From: an uncultured Candidatus Actinomarina sp.
Lineage (GTDB): Bacteria > Actinomycetota > Acidimicrobiia > Actinomarinales > Actinomarinaceae
Direction of reading: 5' to 3'
NCBI GenBank assembly: GCA_902634185.1
Contig: CACPJC010000008.1
Location: 1-18,456 of the forward strand
Length of the DNA stretch: 18,456 bases
This document shows positions 1-7,130 of this stretch, piece by piece. The position numbers were made by a program, and so were the translations under genes. Within the stretch, counting starts at the first letter, position 1. Each line of letters starts with the position of its first letter. The notes under the pieces are model-generated. The model saw only the letters and a list, made by a program, of their open reading frames with translations, was not told where the DNA came from and ran no database searches.

Positions 1-419
1 CCGATTGTGATAAATGAATCTGCAAGATTAAAAGAAGGTATAAACAAAAGTTCTATAAAGTCTGTGACTTTCCCATTGTTTCCATTTAGTAAATTAACAA
101 ATCTTTCACCCAAATTTCCTAAAGCACCACCAAGAACAAACATGAAAGCATATTCTTCTATTTTGTTTGCAAATGTATTTTTAAATTGAAAAATTAGCCA
201 AATTAATACCAACGAGGATAAAAGAAATGTAAACTCAGCTTTACCCTTTAATAATCCAAATGCGATTCCAGTATTGAAATTTAGATCTATTTCTAATATA
301 TTTTCTAGGATTACAAAATCTTCATAATTTTGTGAACGAATATGTGATTTTAATACATTATCCAAAATGCCTAAGCATATAGAGAGAATTAAGGGTTTTC
401 TATTTTGTTTAAGAGTCAA
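1..419 (-). CDS. lspA: Lipoprotein signal peptidase (signal peptidase II), 3' end runs off the window
   Basis: Not in the ORF track; translated by hand from TTG at 419-417, open to the edge: MTLKQNRKPLILSICLGILDNVLK...NFNTGIAFG...VLGGALGNLGERF...GKVTDFIELLFIPSFNLADSFITIG. Has the LspA motifs NxGxAFG, GGAxGN, VxDF and FNxAD. Overlaps the dksA stop by 11 nt; exact start inferred. Confidence 0.95.
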   Translation of the reverse strand, partial: MTLKQNRKPLILSICLGILDNVLKSHIRSQNYEDFVILENILEIDLNFNTGIAFGLLKGKAEFTFLLSSLVLIWLIFQFKNTFANKIEEYAFMFVLGGALGNLGERFVNLLNGNNGKVTDFIELLFIPSFNLADSFITI

Positions 420-786
420 GTAATTCTGCACACTCTTTACGCAAGGTTGCATAAGGCAAAGCCTCAAGTCTTGCTAATGGAATAGGTTCACCACAATTTT
501 CGCAGTTTCCGTACTTTTTTTTCTTAATAAGGACCAATGCGTGATCAATTTGATTAAGTAAGTGTTTAGTATTTTCATCAAGTGTGAGTTCTTTTTCAAG
601 CTCAAATGCCATAGAACCGCCATCAGCAGAAGTAGGATCAGGACTTCTTTCAGCCGATGCTTCCGAAATTCTTAGATTTTCTCTTTCTTGTTGGTGTTGT
701 TCCAACATAGAAACAAGCTGTTCGCGCTCTGCCAATAGCTTTTTTTTGAGCTTATTAATAGTATTTGGTGATAATTTTCTTGGCAT
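409..786 (-). CDS. dksA: TraR/DksA-family transcription factor (coiled coil plus degenerate C4 zinc finger)
   Basis: N-terminal helical hairpin with an acidic tip (PDPTSADGGS), then IDHAL..I....YGNCENCGEPIPLARLEALPYATLRKEC, the family C-terminal motif. Lies next to ileS and lspA as in actinobacteria. Confidence 0.9.
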   Translation of the reverse strand: MPRKLSPNTINKLKKKLLAEREQLVSMLEQHQQERENLRISEASAERSPDPTSADGGSMAFELEKELTLDENTKHLLNQIDHALVLIKKKKYGNCENCGEPIPLARLEALPYATLRKECAELLDS

Positions 787-897
787 AATTTTTTATTATT
801 GAACGTATATTAGTAAAAAATAAATTAAAGCAAAGAGATTTTAAATAATTTAAAAATAAAAAGTCTTTACACAAATAATCATTAAAATTCTAAGGAT
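787..897. promoter_or_regulatory. Divergent promoter region between dksA-lspA and ileS
   Basis: 111-bp, very AT-rich gap between head-to-head starts (786 minus, 898 plus), so it should hold both promoters. Candidate -10 TAAAAT at 883-888 for ileS; central palindrome TTTTAAAT-A-ATTTAAAA at 839-855. Individual elements are uncertain. Confidence 0.6.
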
Positions 898-3800
898 ATG
901 TTCAAAAGAATTGAAAATAATATAGATTTTGCTGAAAATGAAGATAAGATATCGAATTATTGGAATGATATTGATGCTTTTCAAAAATCACTAGATATAA
1001 GAAAAGAATCTAAAATATTTAGATTTTATGATGGTCCCCCATTTCCAACAGGAAGTCCACATTATGGAAACTTACTTGCAGGCGTAATTAAGGATATTGT
1101 TCCTAGATATTGGACTATGAGAGGATACTTTGTAGAAAGAAGATTTGGTTGGGATGTCCACGGATTACCAATTGAAATGGAAGTACAAAAAGAACTTGGA
1201 TTAGAAGACCCTCAAGATATTGATGATTATGGTATTGATAAATTTAATGAGGCTTGTAGAAGTCAGGTACAAACGAATACAGAAAACTGGGAAAAAATTA
1301 CTCGTAAAATTGGAAGATGGGTCGATTTTGAAAATGATTATAAAACTATGGATGTTGGTTTTATGGAGAGTGTCTGGTGGGTTTTCAAAGAATTATTTGA
1401 TAAAAATTTAATTTATAAAGATTATAAAGTATTACCTTATTCTTGGGCAGCATCAACTCCTTTGTCAAATTTTGAAGCAAACATGGACTATCGGGATGTA
1501 GAAGATCCGTCAATATATTTTAAGCTAAAAGCAAGAAAAGACTTCAATAAGGTGTCGAAAGATGATTACTTTCTAGTTTGGACAACTACTCCATGGTGTA
1601 TACCTGGCAACTTAGCTATTGCTGTTGGTAAAGATATTGAATATTCAAGAGTTGAGATTGAAAATGAATTTTACTGGATCGCAACAGAGAGACTACATGA
1701 ACTTGATGAATTTGACATTAAAGAGATAGAAACTTCAATTGGAAAAGATTTAATTGGTGCAGAATATGTACCTGCTTATTCAGAATTTGAAGATGAAAAT
1801 TTAGGGAAAGCATTTAAATTAATTCATAGTGATGAAACAAATACTGCATCTGGGTCAGGATTAGTATCTCAAGCTCCTGCTTATGGAGAAAGTGATTTTT
1901 ACTCACTCAAAAATGCTGGTATTTCTGTAATTGTTGATCCAGTAACGTTAGCTGGAAAGTTTGATACAACCGTAAAAGGTTTAGAAGATATGTATGTTAA
2001 AGATGCTGATGTAAAAATAATTGAACAATTAGACGAACGTGGATTACTTTTTTCTTCAAAAAGAGAAATACATTCCTATCCTTTCTGTTGGAGAACTGGA
2101 ACACCACTTATATATAAGGCGATACCAACCTGGTTTGTGAATGTTGAAAAAATTAGTGAAAGAATGGTTGAACTAAATTCTCAAACTCATTGGGTTCCTG
2201 GTTTTATAGGTGAAAAACGCTTTTCAAATTGGTTGGCCGATGCAAGAGATTGGGCAATAAGCAGAAATAGATATTGGGGAAGCTGTATACCTATTTGGAT
2301 AAATGATGATGACCCTGAAGATATAATTTGTGTCGGCTCAATTGAAGAGCTTAAAGATTTATCTGGTGTTGAAGTAACTGATCTTCATAAACATTTTTTA
2401 GATGAAATCAAGATAAACATCAACGGTAAAACATATACCAGAACTCCCGAAGTTCTTGATTGCTGGTTTGAATCAGGCTCAATGCCTTACGGTCAACAAC
2501 ATTACCCATTTGAAAATGCTGATGAATTTATGGATGGTTTCCCAGCAGATTTCATAGCAGAAGGTTTAGACCAAACAAGAGGATGGTTTTATACATTAAC
2601 TGTTTTGGCAGTTGCATTATTTGATTCTGTCGCTTTCAAGAATTGCATTACAACTGGAATGATTCTTGCAGAGGATGGTAGAAAAATGAGTAAAAGCCTT
2701 AAAAACTATCCTGACCCTGAAGACTTACTTAACAAGTATGGTGGTGATAGCCTAAGAGCTTATTTAATCAACTCTCCAGTTGTTAGGGGTGAGCCTCTTA
2801 AATTTTCAGAAGAAGGGGTAAAACTTGTTACAAGAAACGTAATACTACCCCTTTGGAATAGTTTTTCTTTCTTTTCAAATTATGCCAACGCTGACAACAT
2901 TACGAATGAAGAATTAGCAAAGGCTTCACCTGTAAACGAAAGATCTCTCATGGATCAGTGGATTGTATCAAGTCTTCAATCTTTAATAAAGACAGTAAAC
3001 GATAAAATGGAAAACTATTACCTTTATGAGGTTATTCCTCCATTAATTGACTTTATTGATGAATTAACTAATTGGTATGTTCGAACTAACCGTAAAAGAT
3101 TTTGGAAAGAAAAAGATACTAATGATATTGATAAATTAAACGCATTCAAGACACTTCACGAGGTTCTACTTGAATTTTCAAAAACAATGGCGCCTGTGTT
3201 GCCATTTATATGTGAAGAGATATATCAGGGTTTAACGAATGAGGACAATAAAAGTATTCATTTAGAAAATTATCCAGAAGCAAATATAGATGTAATTAAC
3301 CAAGAACTTGAGAGGCAAGTTAAGATAGCTAAAAACATTATCAGAACTGCTAGAAATGTTCGATTGAATTTGAATTTACCAAATAAACAACCTTTACAGA
3401 AAATATCAATTATTTCAAATAGCAAATCTATTAAAAATGATATTGAAGCAGTTAAAAACATAATACTTGACGAACTAAACATAAAAGATATTGAGTACAT
3501 CAATAAGGTTGAAGAATGGTACAAGTATGAATGTAAACCAGACTTCTCAAAATTAGGCCCAAAGATGGGTAAAGGTATTGGAAAATTTTCGACTTACTTG
3601 GAAAAACTTTCACAAAAAGAAATTAAAACCTTAATTGAAAAACAAACTTTGATATTTGAAGAATATGAAGTCTCTTTATCAGAACTAGATTTAAGAATTG
3701 TGCGTGAAAATACATCAGATAGTCATGAAATTGTCAATGATTATAGTATTAATTTAGATACTGAAATCAATGATGAGTTATATTTTGAAAGGATATCGAG

Positions 3801-4041
3801 AGAAATTGTTTCTGTTGTTCAAAATCAAAGGAAAGAACTAGGATTCGACATTACAGATAGAATTAAATTAGAAATAATCTCAGATGATAACAAAGCTCTT
3901 CAGGGTGTTGAAATGTTCCAAGATTACATTTGTAAAGAAACTTTAACCAAAGAATTTAATATTACTCAAAAAAAAGGTAAAAACACACTTCTTGATTTTA
4001 ACTTAGACACGAATATTAAAAAATTAACAAACAAATCTTAA
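898..4041 (+). CDS. ileS: Isoleucine--tRNA ligase, type 2 (IleRS2, eukaryote/archaea-like)
   Basis: 1047 aa. FYDGPPFPTGSPHYGN (HIGH motif, 1060-1071), GWDVHGLP, WTTTPW editing motif, DWAISRNRYWG, EGLDQTRGWF, KMSKS (2683-2697). Long C-terminal extension (REIVSVVQNQRKELGFDITDRI) with no C-terminal Zn finger indicates type 2. Confidence 0.98.
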   Translation: MFKRIENNIDFAENEDKISNYWNDIDAFQKSLDIRKESKIFRFYDGPPFPTGSPHYGNLLAGVIKDIVPRYWTMRGYFVERRFGWDVHGLPIEMEVQKELGLEDPQDIDDYGIDKFNEACRSQVQTNTENWEKITRKIGRWVDFENDYKTMDVGFMESVWWVFKELFDKNLIYKDYKVLPYSWAASTPLSNFEANMDYRDVEDPSIYFKLKARKDFNKVSKDDYFLVWTTTPWCIPGNLAIAVGKDIEYSRVEIENEFYWIATERLHELDEFDIKEIETSIGKDLIGAEYVPAYSEFEDENLGKAFKLIHSDETNTASGSGLVSQAPAYGESDFYSLKNAGISVIVDPVTLAGKFDTTVKGLEDMYVKDADVKIIEQLDERGLLFSSKREIHSYPFCWRTGTPLIYKAIPTWFVNVEKISERMVELNSQTHWVPGFIGEKRFSNWLADARDWAISRNRYWGSCIPIWINDDDPEDIICVGSIEELKDLSGVEVTDLHKHFLDEIKININGKTYTRTPEVLDCWFESGSMPYGQQHYPFENADEFMDGFPADFIAEGLDQTRGWFYTLTVLAVALFDSVAFKNCITTGMILAEDGRKMSKSLKNYPDPEDLLNKYGGDSLRAYLINSPVVRGEPLKFSEEGVKLVTRNVILPLWNSFSFFSNYANADNITNEELAKASPVNERSLMDQWIVSSLQSLIKTVNDKMENYYLYEVIPPLIDFIDELTNWYVRTNRKRFWKEKDTNDIDKLNAFKTLHEVLLEFSKTMAPVLPFICEEIYQGLTNEDNKSIHLENYPEANIDVINQELERQVKIAKNIIRTARNVRLNLNLPNKQPLQKISIISNSKSIKNDIEAVKNIILDELNIKDIEYINKVEEWYKYECKPDFSKLGPKMGKGIGKFSTYLEKLSQKEIKTLIEKQTLIFEEYEVSLSELDLRIVRENTSDSHEIVNDYSINLDTEINDELYFERISREIVSVVQNQRKELGFDITDRIKLEIISDDNKALQGVEMFQDYICKETLTKEFNITQKKGKNTLLDFNLDTNIKKLTNKS

Positions 4042-4290
4042 GATAATTGGTTGTAAAAAGTTTATACCTAATATCAAAACGATTGGTGATAAATCAATAC
4101 CTGCCATTCCAATCCTCAATGGACCAATTCTAGATCTTATTGGCTCAAGAAGCCTTCCATAGAATCTGTCTAATATCATTTTCACCTGACCGATTGGATG
4201 ATCATTAGAAACTTGAATCCAACTTAGAATTATCCATAAAAACAAGGAGTAGCTTAACAATCTGAAACCGAGTAAAAATAAGCTACACAT
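4024..4290 (-). CDS. yggT: YggT/YlmG (SepG) family membrane protein
   Basis: 88 aa, two hydrophobic segments, IILSW...LLEPIR..I...GIDLSPIV motif; directly downstream of sepF. Confidence 0.92.
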   Translation of the reverse strand: MCSLFLLGFRLLSYSLFLWIILSWIQVSNDHPIGQVKMILDRFYGRLLEPIRSRIGPLRIGMAGIDLSPIVLILGINFLQPIILRFVC

Positions 4291-4720
4291 TTATTTTGTA
4301 TAAGCCAAGAGATTGTAATCTCTCTCTTTCACTTGACGGTAGTGACATGTTTGAAGGAATTATCAAATAAACTCCATCCTTATGAATTATTCGCATTTTT
4401 GCATCACTTATAAATGCAATACCAGTTATAAAATCCACAATTCTTTGTCTAATGTTTTGATCAGTAATATCTCTGATATCTACAGCAACAATAAACCCTT
4501 CTTTAATCGGCGATCCAATAAGATGACTGTCGCTAAAAGACCTTAGTACTTTAATTTCAACCTCATCTTTTGGTTGATGAATCTTTAAATCTCCCGTATA
4601 GTCTTCATTCGAGAACCTATTTTCAGACGAAGGTCTTACAGTACGAGTGTTTTCAGGAATAACTTCTTCAACATATTCTGGTTGTTTAAGACCAATTGAA
4701 ATTAAGAATTTTTCTAACAT
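4283..4720 (-). CDS. sepF: Cell division protein SepF (FtsZ membrane anchor)
   Basis: N-terminal amphipathic helix MLEKFLISIGL, linker, core SFSD...IG..IKEG..V.VD...RIVDFITG; canonical position after yggS/ylmE. Confidence 0.88.
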   Translation of the reverse strand: MLEKFLISIGLKQPEYVEEVIPENTRTVRPSSENRFSNEDYTGDLKIHQPKDEVEIKVLRSFSDSHLIGSPIKEGFIVAVDIRDITDQNIRQRIVDFITGIAFISDAKMRIIHKDGVYLIIPSNMSLPSSERERLQSLGLYKINV

Positions 4721-5334
4721 TATTTAAAAATTTTACTACCTACGCGTATTATTGTAGCACCATAATCTAGTGCAATTTTATAGTCAGCAGACATTCCCAT
4801 AGATAGTTCTCCACTGTATTGTTTGTAATTATCTAAAAGTTTTTGATTTATATCATTCATATTTTTAAAGGATTCTCTTGGGTCACTATTGATATCTGGA
4901 ATACACATTATTCCATTTGGAAAAAAACTATAATTCTCAAATTTTTCAAAAAACTTTTGAACATCATTTGGGTTGATCCCGCTTTTTTTTGGATCATTAT
5001 CAATATTTATCTGAACAAATATTTCATGGTTTTTGTAAAGTAAATCAATTTTTTCTACTTCTTTTAGTCTTGAAACTGTGTGTACACTTTTAGAATTTTC
5101 TAAAATTTCAGGAATTTTTCTCGATTGGAGTGGCGCAATAAAATGAAAATGGCAATCTTTAAAATTAATCTTGTGATCTAATAATTCTTCCAATCTATTT
5201 TCACCAAATTCTCTAAATCCTTCATTATATACTTTTGAAATTTCCTCAGTCTTTCGGCCTTTAATTACTGGTAAAAGTCTTGCATTATATTTTTTAACTT
5301 CATCGCTTATTTCATTTAACATAGCTACATCCAT
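4720..5334 (-). CDS. yggS: PLP homeostasis protein YggS/YlmE family
   Basis: PVIK (PLP lysine), FGENR, HFIAPLQSRK, VQIN, LSMGMSADY..A...GAT.IRVGS.IF. The start could be the second Met four codons in. Confidence 0.95.
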   Translation of the reverse strand: MDVAMLNEISDEVKKYNARLLPVIKGRKTEEISKVYNEGFREFGENRLEELLDHKINFKDCHFHFIAPLQSRKIPEILENSKSVHTVSRLKEVEKIDLLYKNHEIFVQINIDNDPKKSGINPNDVQKFFEKFENYSFFPNGIMCIPDINSDPRESFKNMNDINQKLLDNYKQYSGELSMGMSADYKIALDYGATIIRVGSKIFK

Positions 5335-5897
5335 ACAGTGCTCTCTTGTCTCAGTGAAGTTTTGTCTCTCCTGTATGAATGAAACATTTTATCTCCTATT
5401 GTGCACTCATTAGCTATTTCTAACTCAATATTGTTTTTTTTACAGAACAAAATTATGTCTCCACTTAAATTTAAAAATTTTTTTTCTTCTCTTTCAATAG
5501 TGTAATCTTGAAACTTTTGGCTCAAATCATCTTGAATTTCATAGCAACATGATTTTGCATGAGGTCCAATCGATACTTTCAACTTATCTTTATCAAAATC
5601 TTTGATTGCATTGTAAAATATTTTATTTTCTACACCTTTCCATCCAGCATGAATAATTCCTATTCTTTTATTGTCTGATATAACAACAGGCATGCAATCT
5701 GCTGTTGAAACAACTAGTAATAGATTCTTTTTTGTTGTAATTAAAGCATCAGCATCATAAACACCACTTCGTTCAATTTCTAAAACTACGTTGCTATGAG
5801 TTTGGTTCATTGAAGCAACTTCAGTAAAGCTGGCTATGTCTTTATTGCCTGATTTGTTATAAAAAGTTGCTTTAGATATTAATTTAGACTTAATCAT
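5325..5897 (-). CDS. pgeF: Peptidoglycan editing factor PgeF/YlmD (YfiH/DUF152 laccase-like purine nucleoside enzyme)
   Basis: QTHS, DALIT, TADCMPV, HAGWKG, IGP....CCYE, CT....FHSYRR motifs; immediately after ftsZ with ATGA overlap. Confidence 0.93.
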   Translation of the reverse strand: MIKSKLISKATFYNKSGNKDIASFTEVASMNQTHSNVVLEIERSGVYDADALITTKKNLLLVVSTADCMPVVISDNKRIGIIHAGWKGVENKIFYNAIKDFDKDKLKVSIGPHAKSCCYEIQDDLSQKFQDYTIEREEKKFLNLSGDIILFCKKNNIELEIANECTIGDKMFHSYRRDKTSLRQESTVWM

Positions 5898-7039
5898 CCT
5901 CTGATGAAATCAGGGAGATTATCTCCTCCGTTTTCATCAAAGTCAGATGACACTCTTCTGTTTGGTCTTTGCCCAAATCCTGCTGCAACAACTGTTACTT
6001 CTACAGCATCACCTAAAGAATCGTCAACAAGATGTCCGAATATAATTTCTGCATTATCATCTGCTCTTTCGGTAATTACTCTTGCTGCTTCATTTACTTC
6101 TTGAAGTTTTAGATCCTCAGATCCAGCAATTGTTATAAGAACACCCTCAGCTCCGTCCATATTTGCTTCTAATAATGGTGAAGAAATAGCTGCTTGTGCG
6201 GCATTAGGAGCTCTTTGTTCTCCTGTAGACCTTCCAATTCCAAGTACGGCATTACCAGCATCTTTTAATATTGTTTTTACGTCAGCAAAGTCAACATTTA
6301 TTACTCCAGGGTTTGTTATTAAACCTGTAATACCTCTTACACCATTTGCAAGTATCTCATCAGATTTGAGATAAGCTTCACTTATTTTGATATCTTTATC
6401 ACTAATTTGTAAAAGTCGATCATTAGGAATAACAATTAATGTATCAACTACATCTCTAAGTGCTTGTATTCCTTCTTCAGCTTGAACTGATCTTCTTCTA
6501 CCTTCAAAGCCAAATGGTCTTGTAACAACACCTACAGTTAAAGCTCCCATCTCATGAGCTATGTTGGCTAATATAGGTGATGCACCTGTTCCAGTTCCAC
6601 CACCTTCACCTGCAGCGATGAATACCATGTCTGCGCCTTTTAAAGCTTCGTTAATAAGTTCTTCAGAATCTACTGCTGCTTGTCTTCCTACTTCTGGATT
6701 TGCACCAGCACCTAGACCTCTTGTTGATTTTCGACCGAGATCTAATTTTAAGTCGGCTTTTGAACCAAGTAAGCTTTGGGCGTCTGTATTACAAGCTACA
6801 AAATCAACACCTTTTATACCCATTTTTATCATTCTGTTAACAGCGTTGGTTCCACCGCCACCAACTCCAACAACTTTTATAACTGCTGCATAATTTCTAG
6901 GTCTCATATTTAAGTTAACTCCTTTTTGCTTAGAACTTCTTTTGACTGCAGTTTTTTTAGACTTAGTTTTAGCCACAGTCTTTTTTGCCTTGGGTTTAGT
7001 TGCCCTAGCTTTAGATTTTGTTTGTTTTTTTGTTGCCAT
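5894..7039 (-). CDS. ftsZ: Cell division protein FtsZ with N-terminal Lys-rich extension
   Basis: [27 protein letters not shown] tubulin signature, [16 protein letters not shown]7 loop, C-terminal peptide LPDFIR. AAGGA lies 6 nt before ATG 7039; alternative ATG at 6907. Confidence 0.99.
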   Translation of the reverse strand: MATKKQTKSKARATKPKAKKTVAKTKSKKTAVKRSSKQKGVNLNMRPRNYAAVIKVVGVGGGGTNAVNRMIKMGIKGVDFVACNTDAQSLLGSKADLKLDLGRKSTRGLGAGANPEVGRQAAVDSEELINEALKGADMVFIAAGEGGGTGTGASPILANIAHEMGALTVGVVTRPFGFEGRRRSVQAEEGIQALRDVVDTLIVIPNDRLLQISDKDIKISEAYLKSDEILANGVRGITGLITNPGVINVDFADVKTILKDAGNAVLGIGRSTGEQRAPNAAQAAISSPLLEANMDGAEGVLITIAGSEDLKLQEVNEAARVITERADDNAEIIFGHLVDDSLGDAVEVTVVAAGFGQRPNRRVSSDFDENGGDNLPDFIRG

Positions 7040-7130
7040 AATTTTTCCTTACATTGTAGATTATCAATAATTTAAGTATATCCAAAACTTTTTTTTAATT
7101 TTATCTAGATGTAAAGTATAGATATAGATT
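7040..7130 (-). promoter_or_regulatory. Probable internal ftsZ promoter and ribosome-binding site in the ftsQ-ftsZ gap
   Basis: The only sizeable gap (91 bp) in a ~14 kb run of abutting genes. Minus strand has -10-like TATACT and GATAAT hexamers and SD AAGGA (7050-7046). ftsQ-ftsZ promoters are well known in actinobacteria. Confidence 0.5.

Noticed and set aside
515-522. Poly-T/A tracts here and elsewhere (e.g. 4983-4990) as phase-variation or frameshift sites
   Set aside because: Expected in AT-rich, Lys-rich coding sequence, and all reading frames are intact.
7-802. Plus-strand ORFs 7..189 and 584..802
   Set aside because: Antisense shadows of lspA and dksA with no recognisable motifs.
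1060-1071. HYGN signature as a mupirocin hyper-resistance variant
   Set aside because: The hyper-resistant form has a swapped GxHH motif; HxGN is an ordinary HIGH variant, and IleRS2 is the normal housekeeping type in actinobacteria.
1220-3524. ORFs 1220..1411 (+) and 3270..3524 (-) inside ileS
   Set aside because: Alternate-frame or antisense by-products of a conserved gene.
898-4041. ileS on the opposite strand to all neighbours, suggesting inversion or horizontal insertion
   Set aside because: No flanking repeats, mobility genes or obvious composition shift. As I recall, ileS sits in the same opposite orientation between divIVA and dksA-lspA in Streptomyces, so it is probably ancestral.
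7040-7130. Absence of ftsA between ftsQ and ftsZ
   Set aside because: Normal for actinobacteria, which use SepF (present here).
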